Source: Squalus acanthias
Lineage: Eukaryota
Assembly (NCBI GenBank): GCA_030390025.1
Contig: CM059432.1
Span: 52,888,001-52,952,000, forward strand
DNA: 64,000 bases
Direction of reading: 5' to 3'
Positions 13,079 to 26,334 of this stretch are shown here, piece after piece (the stretch's first letter is position 1; each line of letters begins with the position of its first letter). Under the pieces are notes generated by a model. The model saw only the letters and a list, made by a program, of their open reading frames with translations, was not told the origin of the DNA and did not search any database. Both the position numbers and the translations under genes were made by a program.

Positions 13079-13769
13079 GGCCCATAATTTGCGGTCGGTG
13101 GCGAAGCAAAGGCGCTCGCCGCTGACTACGAAGATAGCTTCCCAGAGATCTCATGATCTTTATGGCGAAAACTTGAGGTTTCAGGACGTGCAATTGATTG
13201 CAGCCCTGTGAATAGGGGATTCCTAGAGCGATGCAGCAGTGACATTATTAAGCTGTCTAAGCAGCCAATCACAATGAAGAATTCTCAGACAGCAAAACAG
13301 GAAATAAAAAGGAGCTTTTATCCTCACTTTTTAAAAATGTTAGAGAGCGAAATAAAGATTGGGGCTTTTACATGGGGATAAGGTAGAAGCTGAAATATCA
13401 TGTATAACTTGTAATTTTTATAATAATGGAGAAACTTGACATTAATTTTTCAGGGCCAGAGTTGTTGTTTAGCAGTCAATCCGCTGTTAAAACCCCAGTT
13501 ACACCTAGTTCAACAAGGCTTAACATTCAATGGGGTATTTAACAGCGATATTAGCATAGAAAAGCTCAAGTTTTTGTCTGTTCCACTGATTGCCGGCTAT
13601 TTGGGGGGGTTCCACAGCGCAGCCAGTGTCGGAGCAGTGAATGACTGACTGACCGCAACTTCAGAATTTCAGATGCACATGCGTTAAATCATGAAGTTGC
13701 GGTCAGTTTCATGGGGTAATGACTGAACACTGACACTTCGCCGCCATTAACCACCGCAAATTACGGCCA
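13079..13769. mobile_element. PIF/Harbinger-type MITE related to 9051-9708
   Basis: TIR GGCCCATAATTTGCGGT / ACCGCAAATTACGGCCA; shares internal motifs with 9051-9708 (CCAATCA.A.TGAAGAAT, TTTTCAGGGCCAGAG). Confidence 0.7.
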
Positions 13770-14033
13770 ACTTATTTCAATATGCAAATCAAATGAGAAA
13801 GGTTAACAAATCTTCCTAATATTATTCAGATTTTTTGTTCAAATCTTTCACTAAAAGTTGACGAATACTTGGAAGCTTTATTTGTTAACTATTTATAGTA
13901 ACTATTTTTACAGGGCGACAAATAACAGGAGTAGGCCATTCGGCCCCCGAGCATTCAATTAGATCATTGCTGATCTGTATCTCAACTCCATTTAATCACC
14001 TTGGTTCTATATCCCTAATACCCTTACATAACA

Positions 14034-14695
14034 GCAAGCAATTAAGAAAGCAAATGGTATGTTGGCCTTTATTACAAGAGGATTTGAGTAGAAGAGTAAA
14101 GATGTCTTACTGCAATTATATTAGGGCCCTGGTGAGACCACACCTGGAGTAGTGTGTACAGTTTTGGTCTCCTTACTAAGGAAGGATATACTTGCCATAG
14201 AGGGAGTGCAACAAAGGTTCACCAGACTGATTCCTGGGATGGGGGATTGTCCTTTGAGGAGAGATCGAGTAGACTGGGCCTATACTCTCTGGAGTTTAGA
14301 AGAATGAGAGGTGATCTCATTGAAACATACAAAATTCTTACAGGGCTTGACAGGGTAGATGCAGGGAGGATGTTTCCCCTGGCTGGGGAGTCTAGAACCA
14401 GGGGTCACAGTCTCAGAATAAGGAGTCGGCAATTTAGGACTGAGATGAGGAGAAATTTCTTCACTCAGAGGGTGGTGAATCTTTGGAATTCTCTACCCCA
14501 GAGGGCTGTGGAGGCTCAGTCGTTGAGTATATTCAAGACAGAAATTGAGATTTTTGAATATTAAGGGAATCAAGGGATTTGGGGATCGTTCAGGAAAGTG
14601 GAGATGAGGTAGAAGATCAATCATGATCTCATTGAATGGCAGAGCAGGCTCGAAGGGCCAAATGGCCTACTCCTGCTCCTATTTCTTATGTTTTT
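14034..14695 (+). mobile_element. CR1 LINE 3' fragment, nested
   Basis: LGLYSLEFRRMRGDLIETYKIL...FFTQRVVNLWNSLP; TSD ATAACA (14028-14033, 14696-14701). Confidence 0.9.
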
Positions 14696-14960
14696 ATAAC
14701 ATAAATCTATCAATCACAATTTTGAGATTTTCAATTGATCTAGCCTCAACAACATTTTAGAGGAAGAGTTTTCCAGATTTCCACTATCCTTTATGTGAAG
14801 AAGTGCTTCTTGACATCACCCCTGAACGGCCGAGCTCTAACTTTAGGGTTATGCCCCCCCCAACCTTCCTGTTCTGGACTCCAACAGAGGAAATAATTTA
14901 TTTCCATCTCTAATATGATTAAATGATTTGATAAACACCGCAATTAGATCACCCCTTAAT

Positions 14961-17633
14961 TTTTATTCATTTATGGGATGTGGGCGTCGCTGGCAAGGCC
15001 AGCATTTATTGCCCATCCCTAATTGCCCTCGAGAAGGTGGTGGTGAGCTGCCTCCTTGAACCGCTGCAGTCCATGTGGTGAAGGTACTCCCACAGTGCTG
15101 TTAGGGAGTTCCAGGATTTTGACCCAGCAACGATGAAGGATCGGCGATATACTTCCAAGTCAGGATGGTGTGTGACTTGGGAGGGGAACTTGGAGGTGGT
15201 GGTGTTCCTATGCGCCTGCTTGTGGGTGGAAGAGGTTGCAGGTTTGGGAGGTGCTGCCTAAGAAGCCTTGGCGAGTTGCTGCAGTGCATCTTGTAGATGG
15301 TACACACTGCAGCCACCGTATGCGTGGAGATAGTGAATGTTTAAAGGTGGTGGATGGGGTGCTAATCAAGCGGGCTGCTGTCGAGCTTCTTCAGTGTTGT
15401 TGGAGCTGTACTCATCCAGGCAAGTGGAGAGTATTCCATCACACTCCTTACTTGTGCCTTGTGGATGGTGGAAAGGCTTTGGGGAGTCAGGAGGTGAGAC
15501 ACTCGCCGCAGAATACCTAGCCTCTGACCTGCTCTTGTTGCCACCATATTTATGTGGCTGGTCCAGTTAAGTTTCTGGTCAATGGTGACCCCCAGGATGT
15601 TGATGGTGGGGGATATGGCGATGGTAATGCCGTTGAATGTCATGGGGTGGTGGTTAGACTCTCGCTTATTGGAGATAGTCATTGCCTGGCACTTGTGTGA
15701 CGCGAATGTTACCTGCCACTTATCAGCCCAAGCCTGAACGTTGTCCAGGTCTTGTTGCATGCGGGCATGGACTGCTTCACTATCTGAGGAGTTGTGAATG
15801 GCACTGAACACTGTACAATCATCAGCGAACATCCCCATTTCTGACCTTATGTTGGAGGGAAGGTCATTGATGAAGCAGCTGAAGATGGTTGGGCCTAGGG
15901 CACTGCCCTGAGGAACTCCTGCAGCGATGTTCTGGGGCTGTGATGATTGACCTTCAACCACCACAACCATCTTCCTTTGTGCTAGGTATGACTTCAGCCA
16001 GTGGAGAGTTCCCCCCCCCCGATTCCCATTGACTTCAGTTTTACTAGGGCTCCTTGATGCCACACTCTGTCAAATGCTGCCTTGATGTCAAGGGCAGTCA
16101 CTCTCACCTCACCTTTGGAATTCAGCTCCTTTGTCCATGTTTGGACCAAGGCTATAACGAGGTCGGGAGCCAAATGATCTTGGCAGAACCCAAACTGGGC
16201 ATCAGTGAGCAGGTTATTGGTAAGTGCCGCTTGATAGCACTGTCGATAACACCTTCCATCACTTTGCTGATGATTGAGAGTAGACTGATCGGGCGGTATT
16301 TGGCCGGATTGGATTTGTCCTGCTTTTTGTGGACAGGACATACCTGGGCAGTTTTCCACATTGCTGGATAGATGCCAGTGTTGTAGCTGTACTGGAACAG
16401 CTTGGCTAGAGGCGCGGCTAGTTCTGGAGCACAAGTCTTCAGCACGATAGCCGGAATGTTGTCAGGGCCCATAGCCTTTGCTGTATCCAGGGTGCTCAGC
16501 CGTTTCTTGATATCACGTGGAGTGAATCGAATGGGCCGAAGAATGGCTTCTGTGATGGTGGGGACCTCAGGAGTAGGCCGATATGGATCATCCACTCTGC
16601 ACTTCTGGCTGAAGATGGTTGCAAACGCTTCAGCCTTGTCTTTTGCACTCACGTGCTGGGCTCCACCATCATTGAGGATGGGGATATTCATGGAGCCTTC
16701 TCCTCCAGTTAGTTGTTTAATGGTCCACCACCATTCACGACTGGATGTGGCAGGATGTGTTTTGATCTGATCCCTTGATTGTGGGATCACTTAGCTCCGT
16801 CTGTAGCATGCTGCTTCTGCTTTTTAGCATGCATGTAGTCCTGTGTTGCAGCTTCCCCAGGTTGGCACCTCATTTTTAGGTACGCCAGGTGCTGCTCCTG
16901 GCATGCTCTTCTACACTCCTTATTGAACCAGGGTTGGTCCCCTGGCTTGATGGTAATGGTAGAGTGAGGGATATGCCGGGCCATGAGGTTACAGATAGTG
17001 GTGGAATACAATTCTGCTGTTGCTGATGGCCCACAGTGCCTCATGGATGCTCAGTTTTGAGCTACCAGGTCTGTTCTGAATCTATCCCATTTAACACGGT
17101 GGTAGTGCCACACAACACGATGGAGGTTGTCCTCAGTGTGAAGACGGGACTTCGTCTCCACAATAACTGTGCGGTGGTCACTGCTACCAATATGGTCATG
17201 GACAGATGTATCTGCGACAGGTAGATTGGTGAGGACGAGATGAAGTATGTATTTCCCTCGTGTTGGTTCTCTCACCACCTGTCGCAGGTTATGGCAGCTA
17301 TGTCCTTCAGGACTCGGCCAGCTCGGTCAGTAGTGGTGCTACCGAGCCACTCTTGGTGATTGACATTGAAATCCCCTACCCAGAGTACATTCTGTGCCCT
17401 TGCTACTCTCCGTGCTTCGTCCAAGTGGTGTTCAACATGGAGGAGTACTGATTCATCTGCTGAGGGAGGGCAGTAGGTGGTAATCTGCAGGAGGTTTCCT
17501 TGCCCATGCTTGACCTGAAGCCATGAGACTTCATGGGGTCCGGAGTCAATGTTGAGGACTCCCAGGGCCACTCCTTCCCGACTGTATACCACTGTGCCGC
17601 CACCCCTGGTGGGTCTGTCCTCCCGGTGGGACG
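14961..17633 (-). mobile_element. APE-RT non-LTR retrotransposon (family X, copy 1, 5'-truncated, frameshifted)
   Basis: WVGDFN, SDH, ALDIKAAFDRVWH, GVPQGSALGP, MFADD motifs; tail GGGCAATAAATGCTGGCC; flanked by TAAT. Confidence 0.9.
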
Positions 17634-18142
17634 TAATCTTCTATACTCAAGGGAATAAAAGCCTAGTCTACGCAATCTGTCCTCATAATTTAACCCTTTT
17701 AGCTGCAGTATAATTCTGGTAAAACTGCACTTCACTCCCCTCCAAGGCTAATATATTCTTCCTGAAGTGCAGTGACCAGTAATGAACCCAGTATTCCAGA
17801 ATCGGGCTAACCAGAGCTTTATACAACTGTAGCATAGCTTCCATCCCTTTGTATGCCAGTCCCTTTGAGATAAAGGCCAACATTTCCATAGCTTTTTTTT
17901 GTACCCGTCCACTAGTTGTGTGTGATTTCTGTACATGGACCCATAAATATCTGCTCCGCCACAGTTCCTAGCTTCTTGCCATTTAGAAAATATTCTGATC
18001 GGCCTTTTTTGGGTCTAAAGTGGATAACATCACACTTCTCCACATTGAACTCCATTTGCCAGTTTTACCTACGCACTTTATCAATGTCCTTTTGCAACTT
18101 TCTGCTCCCATCTACATTACTTACTGTGCTCCCTAACCTGGT

Positions 18143-18272
18143 TAGTGCAGCACATGCTCAATACTGCACAGAAGTGTCAGCCGACATTATGTGCTCAAGT
18201 CTCTGGACTGGTGCTTGAACCCAGAACAATCTGAATCAGAGGCGAGAATGCTACCACTGAGCCTAGACTAAC
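18143..18272 (-). mobile_element. SINE tRNA-head fragment (same family as 12228-12650)
   Basis: GTGCTCAAGTCTCTGGACTGGTGCTTGAACCC...TGCTACCACTGAGCC matches 48680-48755. Confidence 0.7.
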
Positions 18273-18894
18273 GTCAATAAACAGTAGAATGAGTAAATTC
18301 TAGATAATAGCTGAACATTCAGGAGTTACCCCCCCCACCCCCCCAAACTTTCAAATCTTTTCTAACCTCACTATTGACGCTGTCCCTGAAGTTGCTTAGG
18401 GTTAAGGGCTTATCAGCATTTTCAGGATTAATCAATGGAAGTGCTGGTGAACAAAGTAAAGCTGAGCATACAAGAACAGCTTTTACAGGAACTAGACCAT
18501 AATTTTCACATTTCCTTTGGTGGGATTTAAACTCATGACCTCTGGGTTATTAGTTTAGCACCATAATCACTACACTACTGTATGTGTGTTACATTTTTCA
18601 CACCCTTTGGATTCTTGGGGGTCTCTTACCATGCACTTTCTACGCCCACATATATAGACCATCCACTCCCAGACCTCTGCGAACATAGCTATGAAAATGA
18701 AACCAGGAGGTACACATGGCAGGCGCAGCACAACTCTGCTCCATTTATATTTCCTATCTTCCTCGTGGAGAAGCGTCTGAACCTTTGCCTCATGCCTTAC
18801 TACAGCGCAACTCAGATGGGGAACTCAGTATATTGAGGGCTTAGGCATGAACCCACAACCCACCATTCAAAATATTCAAGATTACCACACAAGA

Positions 18895-19575
18895 GAAGTA
18901 TAGGAGTTTACACCATAGGAGGCTATTCAGCTTAGCGTGTCTGTGCTGGGTGTTTGCTAGAGCAATCCACATCTAATCGCACTCTCCTCCTCTTTCCCCA
19001 TCGCTGTGTTATCATCTGCTTTAAATCTTTTAAGTCTTTTTCCTATTCACCTGATCAAAACCCTTCATAATTTTAAAAACCTCAAATATTTCCATTTCTC
19101 TGCTCCTGTGGAAATACTTCCAGTCTCGTATTTCTCAAATACAGTTTCTCATTCCATTATCATGCTTGTAAATCTACCTTGTACACACATTATGGCTTTA
19201 ATGTCATTTTTATAATGGGGCACTCTATAATTGCACACAGTACTCTAACTGTGGCCTAACCATTACCTTGTACAAATGGATCATTACCTCTCTACTACTG
19301 TACTCTTATGCCCCAAAATGCTTTTGGCCTTTTTATGGCTTTAAATCTACCTCCACTTGCAGGGAATTCCTTCTTGTCCTTTAGCATTGTTCTGCTGTGT
19401 ATTCCCATTCTTTATTCTTCCACCCAAAATGTATTACCTCACACTTGTCAATAAATTGCATCTGCCACCTGTCAGCCCATTTCAGTAACCTGCCTATGTT
19501 CTCCTGTACAGTCTTCCTTGCTGAATGCAAACCCCTACTTTGGTGTCAGTAGCAAACTTCAAAATCCTCTATCTC
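18895..19575 (-). mobile_element. Old CR1 3' fragment
   Basis: Degenerate match to other CR1 copies (TTGCACACAGTACTCTAAC = reversed LEYCVQ). Confidence 0.6.
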
Positions 19576-19821
19576 ACTATCTATATATATTCTGCAATCA
19601 AAAAAATTGTCTGTGGAGTAAATCAAGATCGAAAGATTCTGGTTTACAAATATCCAATTTTTGTAAATAGGGAGAAAGTGATTTTACTGCAGAACATTTT
19701 GAAATGGAAGAGGTAAATATACACAACACAAATTTTGCAATGATCTAATTTCTCAGTTCAGGAGAGGTTTTTTTAAGCAATTACAATTCTCCAAATTCAA
19801 AAACAAAAAAAATCATATATA

Positions 19822-21207
19822 CAGTAAACTCTCGTTTAAACGGCATCCAATTATCCGGAATTCTCTAATAACCGGCAAAATTCAGAAGTAGGTTCAGGAA
19901 CCCAAAGGTAAGTTTTACTGTATATTTGTGGCTGTGTAACTGGGGTTCTCGTACCTTTTGCCGTGTAACCGGGTCCCCTGTACCTGTGGCCGTGTAACCG
20001 GGTCCCCTGTACCTGTGGCCGTGTAACCGGGTCCCCTGTACCTGTGGCCGTGTAACCGGGTCCCCTGTACCTGTGGCCGTGTAACCGGGTCCCCTGTACC
20101 TGTGGCCGTGTAACCGGGGCTCCAGCACCTGTGGCCGTGTAACCGGGGCTCCAGCACCTGTGGCCGTGTAACCGGGGCTCCAGCACCTGTGGCCGTGTAA
20201 CCGGGGCTCCAGCACCTGTGGCCGTGTAACCGGGGCTCCAGCACCTGTGGCCGTGTAACCGGGGCTCCAGCACCTGTGGCCGTGTAACCGGGGCTCCAGC
20301 ACCTGTGGCCGTGTAACCGGGGCTCCAGCACCTGTGGCCGTGTAACCGGGGCTCCAGCACCTGTGGCCGTGTAACCGGGGCTCCAGCACCTGTGGCCGTG
20401 TAACCGGGGCTCCAGCACCTGTGGCCGTGTAACCGGGGCTCCAGCACCTGTGGCCGTGTAACCGGGGCTCCAGCACCTGTGGCCGTGTAACCGGGGCTCC
20501 AGCACCTGTGGCCGTGTAACCGGGGCTCCAGCACCTGTGGCCGTGTAACCGGGGCTCCAGCACCTGTGGCCGTGTAACCGGGGCTCCAGCACCTGTGGCC
20601 GTGTAACCGGGGCTCCAGCACCTGTGGCCGTGTAACCGGGGCTCCAGCACCTGTGGCCGTGTAACCGGGGCTCCAGCACCTGTGGCCGTGTAACCGGGGC
20701 TCCAGCACCTGTGGCCGTGTAACCGGGGCTCCAGCACTTGTGGCCGTGTAACCGGGGCTCCAGCACTTGTGGCCGTGTAACCGGGGCTCCAGCACCTGTG
20801 GCCGTGTAACCGGGGCTCCAGCACTTGTGGCCGTGTAACCGGGGCTCCAGCACTTGTGGCCGTGTAACCGGGGCTCCAGCACCTGTGGCTGTGTAACCGG
20901 GGCTCCAGCACCTGTGGCCGTGTAACCGCGGCTCCTGCACCTGTGGCCGTGTATCAGGGGCTCCTGGATCTGTGGCCGTGTAACAGGGGCTCCTGTACCT
21001 GTGGCCGTGTAACAGGGACTCCTGGATCTGTGGCTGTGTAACCAGGGCTCCTGTGCCTGTACAACCGGGGCTCCAGTACCTGTGGCCGTGTAACCGGGAT
21101 CCTGCACCTGTGGCTGTGTAACGGGGCTCTCGTACCTTGGTAGGTATACCTCTCCGTTATCCGGAATTTTTAATCAACCGGCACCCCGGATATGTAAGAG
21201 TTTAATA
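19822..21207. mobile_element. Putative pogo/Tigger-like MITE shell enclosing a minisatellite
   Basis: TA|CAGTAAACTCTCG left end; degenerate right end AAGAGTTTAATA|TA; subterminal repeat TTATCCGGAATT...AACCGGCA at 19851 and 21157. Confidence 0.5.
19928..21138. repeat. 29-bp GC-rich minisatellite, about 41 units
   Basis: Unit CCTGTGGCCGTGTAACCGGGGCTCCAGCA (20/29 GC); variant blocks at both ends. Confidence 0.97.
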
Positions 21208-22111
21208 TATATATATAATATATGTAAATAAAAACATACCCATGGATCTGGTGTGTCAGGAGAATATGTTGTTTTATCCCATGTAGCGTACAATGCAGTT
21301 TCCTGAACTCAATTTCAATTGATTCAGACTAATAATTAGAATTTTGTAACACTAAATTCCCACTTAGCTGTGTTATTTACATTGTTTAATTCAAATTATT
21401 GGGTTATTTAAATCTTTCAGCACATAAAACAACTGAAGTAGACGGCATAATATCAGAGGCACTGATTCACAGGGACTGAATAAGTTAAATCATATGCTAA
21501 TAGCAGTTTTGTGGTAGCATTAGTGGCATTTTCAGGTCGAATCCATAATTACATGCATACTTGTGCGGAAAATGTAAATCAGTGGTTTTATATAAAAAAA
21601 ATTAAATGATATGAACAAAATAAAGTGCAGAGTAAAAATGTAGACTAAAAAATATTGTAAGGATGCACCTCCATAGGAGGTAGGTTGCAGGCACTACATG
21701 TGGCTAAGCGGGGTGGTGGAGTGGGGTGGAAAGAGTGTCATATGGTTAGGTAGTGTCAGGAGGTTGGTCTTGAGCATAGATGCACTGGGAAGGAAATGGC
21801 ATGGTGTTATGAGAATTGGGGATGGAGTTTCCAGGCATCAAGGTACTAGGAAAGGATTATGGGGCTAATTCCAGAGGGGGAAAGGCTGCTGTTGAGGAAA
21901 GCATGGCAAGAGGCTTTTCTGGGAGTGATCAGGAGTAGGGAGTGTGGGAAAGGCATTGAAGTGGAGTGGGGAGGCTTTAGAAAGCAGCAAGGAGGTGAAA
22001 AGGCAAACCTTCCTCCTCGCTCCCCGAAAGGCTTAAAAAAGTAAATAACTTGCCCAGTAGTAATCTACAGAAGGCTATTATTTAAATGAAAATGGCACTC
22101 GTTTAAATAAT

Positions 22112-25100
22112 GGGAATGGCAGCATCGTGGTTATGTTACTGGACTAGTAATCCAGAGGAATAAAAAGCTAGTATCAGTAATGGTGACCATGAAACTACCG
22201 GATTGGCATTAAAAACCCATCTGGATCACTAATGTCCTTTAGGGAAGGAAATCTGCTGTCCTTACTGGGTCTGGCCTATGTGACTCCAGACCCACAGCAA
22301 TGTGGTTGACTCCTAACTGCCCTCTGAAATGGTCCAGCAAGCCACTCAGTTGTACCAAACCGCTACAAAAAATAAGATTAAAACCGGACGGACCACCGGC
22401 ATCAACTTAGTCACCGGCTTCAGACACAATACTACACCCAGCCCAGTTGACCCTGCAAAGTCCTCCTCACTAACATCTGGGGACATGTGCCAAAATTGGG
22501 AGAGCTGTCCCACAGACTAGTCAAGCAACAGCCTGACAGTCATACTCATAGAATCATACCTTTCAGCCAATGTCCCAGACTCCCCCATCACCATCCCTGG
22601 GTATGTCCTGTCCCACCAGCAGGACGGACCCACCAGAGGTGATGGCACAGTGGTATACAGTCGGGAGGGAGTGGCCCTGGGAGTCATAAGAACATAAGAA
22701 ATAGGAGCAGGAGGAGGCCATTTGGCCCATCGAGCCTGCTCTGCCATTCGATAAGATCTTGGCTGATCTGGTCTTGGCCTCAACTCCACTTTTCTGTCCG
22801 CTCCCCATAACCCTCGACTCTCTCATTGTTCAAAAATCTGTCCATCTCCACCTTAAACATATTCAATGACCCAGCCGCTACAGCTCTCTTGGGTAGAGAA
22901 TTCCAAAGATTCACAACCCTCGGAGAAGAAATTCCTCCTCATCTCAGTTATAAATGGGCGACCCCTTATTCTGAAACTATGCCCTCTAGTTCTAGATTCC
23001 CCCACGAGGGGAAACAACCTCTCTGCATCTACTCTGTCAAGCCCCCTCAGAATCTTATACGTTTCAATAAGATCACCTCTCATTCTTCTAAACTCCAATG
23101 AGTATAGGCCCAACCTGCTCAACCTTTCCTCATAATACAACCCCTTCATCTCAGGAATTAACCTAGAGAACCTTCATTGAACTGCCTCCAATGCAATGAT
23201 ACCCCTCCTTAAACATTGACTACGGACCCCATGAAGTCTCATGGCTTCAGGTCAAGCATGGGCAAGAAAACCTTCTGCTGATTACCACCTACTGCCCTCC
23301 CTCAGCTGAGGAGTCAGTACTCCTCCATGTTGAACACCACTTGGAAGAAGCACGGAGGATAGCAAGGGCACAGAATGTACTCTGGGTGGGGGACTTCAAT
23401 CTCCATCACCAAGAATGGCTTGGTAGCACCACTACTGATCGAGCTGGCCGAGTCCTGAAGGACATAGCTGCCAGACTGGGCCTGCGGCAGGTGGTGAGAG
23501 AACCAAAACGAGGGAAAAACCTACTTGAACTCATTCTCACCAATCTACCTGTCGCAGATGCATCTGTCCATGACAGTGTTGTTAGCAGTGACCACCGCAC
23601 ATGAGACGAAGTCCCGTCTTCACACTGAGGACGCCCTTCATTGGGTTGTGCGGCACTACCACCGTGATAAATGGGATAGATTCAGAACAGGTCTAGCAGC
23701 TCAAAACTGGGCATCCTTGATGTGCTGTGGGCCATCAGCAGCAGCAGAATTGTATTCCACCACAATCTGTAACCTCATGGTCCGGCATATCCCTCACTCT
23801 ACCATTACCATCAAGCCAGGGGACCGACCAAACAACCCTGGTTCAATGAGGAGTGCATAAAAGCATGCCAGGAGCAGCACCAGGCATACCTTAAAAATGA
23901 AGTGCCAACCTGGAGAAGCTGCAACACAGCGTGCTAAACAGCATGCTAGAGACAGAGCTAAGTGATCCCACAACCAACAGATCAGATCAAAGCTCTGCAG
24001 TTTTGCCACATCCAGTCGTGAATGGTGGTGGACAACTAAACAGAGGAGGAGGCTCCAAGAATATCCCCATCCTCAATGATGGTGGAGCCCAGCACGTAAG
24101 TGCAAAATATAAGGCTGAAGCATTTGCAATCATCTTCAGCCAGAAGTGCTGAGTGGATGATCCATCTCGGCCTCCTCCATCTGATCAAGAAGTGGCTGAG
24201 CGCACTGGATACAGCAAAGGCTATGGGCGCCGACAACATCCCGACTGGTGTGCTGAAGACTTGTGCTCCAGAACTAGTCACGCCTCCAGTCAAGCTGTTT
24301 TAGTACAGCTACAACACTGGCATCTACCCGACCATGTGGAAAACTGCCCAGGTATGTCTTGTCCACAAAAAAGGACAAATTCCATCCGGCCAATTACTGC
24401 CCTATCAGTCTACTCGCAATCATCAGCAAAGTGATTGAAGGCATCGTTGACAGTGCTAACAAGTGGCACTTACTCACCAACAACCTGCTCACCGATGCTC
24501 AAGTGTGTGTTCTGCCAGGACCACTCGGCTCCAGACCTCATTACAGCCTTGGTTCAAACATGGACAAAAGAGCTGAATTCCAGAGGTGAGGGGAGAGTGA
24601 CTGCCCTTGACATTAAGGCAGCATTTGACCGAGTGTGGCATCAAGGAGCCCGAGTAAAATTGAAGTCAATGGGAATCAGGGGGAAAACTCTCCACTGGCT
24701 GGAGTCATACCTAGCACAAACGAAGATGGTTGTGGTTGTTGGAGGCCAATCATCTCAGCCCCAGGACATCGCTGCAGGAGCTCCTCAGGACAGTGTCCTA
24801 GGCCCAACCATCTTCAGCTGCTTCATCAATGATCTTCCCTCCAACTTAAGGTCAGAAGTGGGGATGTTCGCTGATGATTGCACAGTGTTCAGTTCCATTC
24901 GCAACTCCTCAGATAATGAAGCAGTCCATGCCCTCATGCAGCAAGACCTGGATAACATTCAGGCTTGGGCTGGTAAGTGGCCCATCCAGGACAAATCAGC
25001 CCATTTGATTGGCACCCTATCCACCACCTTAAACATTCACTCCCTCCACCACCGGCGCACTGTGGTTGCAGTGTGTACCGTCTACAAGATGCACTTCAGC

Positions 25101-25445
25101 AACTGGCCAAGGCTTCTTTGTCAGCACCTCCCAAACCCGCAACCTCTACCACCTAGAAGGACAGGGGCAGCAGGCACATGGAAACACCATCACCTCCAAG
25201 TTCCTCCCCCCCACCACCCCCAAGTTACACACCATCCTGACTTGGAAATATAATCGCCGTTCCTTAATCGTCGCTGGGTCAAAATCCTGGAACACCCTCC
25301 AGCACTGTAGGAGTACCTTCACCAGAAGGACTGCAGTGGTTCAAGAAGGTGGCTCACCACCGCCTTCTCGATGGCAATTAGAGATGGGCAATAAATGCTG
25401 GCCTTGCCAGTGACACCCACATCCCAGGAACGAATTTAAAAAAAA
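22112..25445 (+). mobile_element. Family X LINE copy 2, with SINE-like head (B-box region deleted) and an internal deletion near 24980
   Basis: Starts GGGAATGGCAGCATCGTGGTTATG; APE and RT motifs; same 3' tail as the other copies. Confidence 0.9.
22686..23211 (-). mobile_element. CR1 3' fragment nested in family X copy 2
   Basis: ORF 22853-23149(-) LGLYSLEFRRMRGDLIETYKIL; interrupts host GGGAGTC|...AACATTGAC. Confidence 0.9.
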
Positions 25446-26334
25446 GCACAGGGTCCTCCATCTAGTATGAGGAAAAAGCTTCAGGATTTCCTGCCTTCGA
25501 ATAACAAAACCTAGTGGTGACCGGGAACCAACATTCTAGTAGTAGTTTTCAAAACCATTAAAAAAACCTAAAGCTGATTCCTGGTCACGGTTGAGAACTT
25601 GGCATTTCCTTAAGCAGAGTTGGGATTCTCTAAAAGAATACATCGTTATTTCTTTGGACCGGGGAGAGTCCAGCAAGGACTAGGTGTTCAGCCAGTCTGG
25701 TAATAAAAATGTAGCCAGGGGAGGCAAGAGGGGTAAATAGACATCAGGCAGGGAGCATAGTGAAGCAGAACAAGGAGATGGAAGCTGGGAAGACTCAAAG
25801 CTAAGTATATGATGGTATGGCTAAGTATAGTTTAGGCTTAGGTATAATAGGAAAGTGTTATAGGAAGGAAATTTGAATAACAACGTGCATGTACATGAAA
25901 AGGACTATATATATTTTTATGCAGATGCGGCTTCCATTCAAAACACCAGTGATCAATACAACTCATCAGTTCAAACCACTCCCCATATAATGCACTAGCC
26001 TATATGAAGAGCAGCTACACAGAAATAAGACATTGTGCCAATTTACATGAGGAAGTGAATTACAGTTCAAATCTAACTGGCATATAATCAACAAACAAGG
26101 CTATCCAACTGCAACTTTTTCTCTCAACTGACCAGGGGCCCTAGCCTTCCTAGTTGAAGCACTTGATGAACACTCTTGTAATAAGGGTCCTAGAAGTGAC
26201 AAACTGACATCACACCTCGGTTTGGGGGAAGGAGAAGGGATGAAAGAGTCAAGATTTTCACTCCTGATTGCTTTCCAATGATTCTTTCTGGAAAGTGTGC
26301 TTGTGAACATTGTGTGGACCAGATCAGGTTACTG

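Larger units (their letters stand above)
13920..18142 (-). mobile_element. CR1 LINE 3' portion split by two nested insertions
   Basis: Pieces 13920-14033, 14696-14960 and 17634-18142 are contiguous once the inserts are removed. Confidence 0.8.

Noticed and set aside
19851..21107. Three overlapping 341-418 aa repetitive ORFs on the minus strand
   Set aside because: Artefact of a 29-bp unit with no stop codon on that strand, so all frames give the same 29-aa cycle; intronic, with no gene context
19928..21138. CRISPR-like array (29-bp repeats)
   Set aside because: Units are head-to-tail with no unique spacers, there are no cas genes, and the context is eukaryotic
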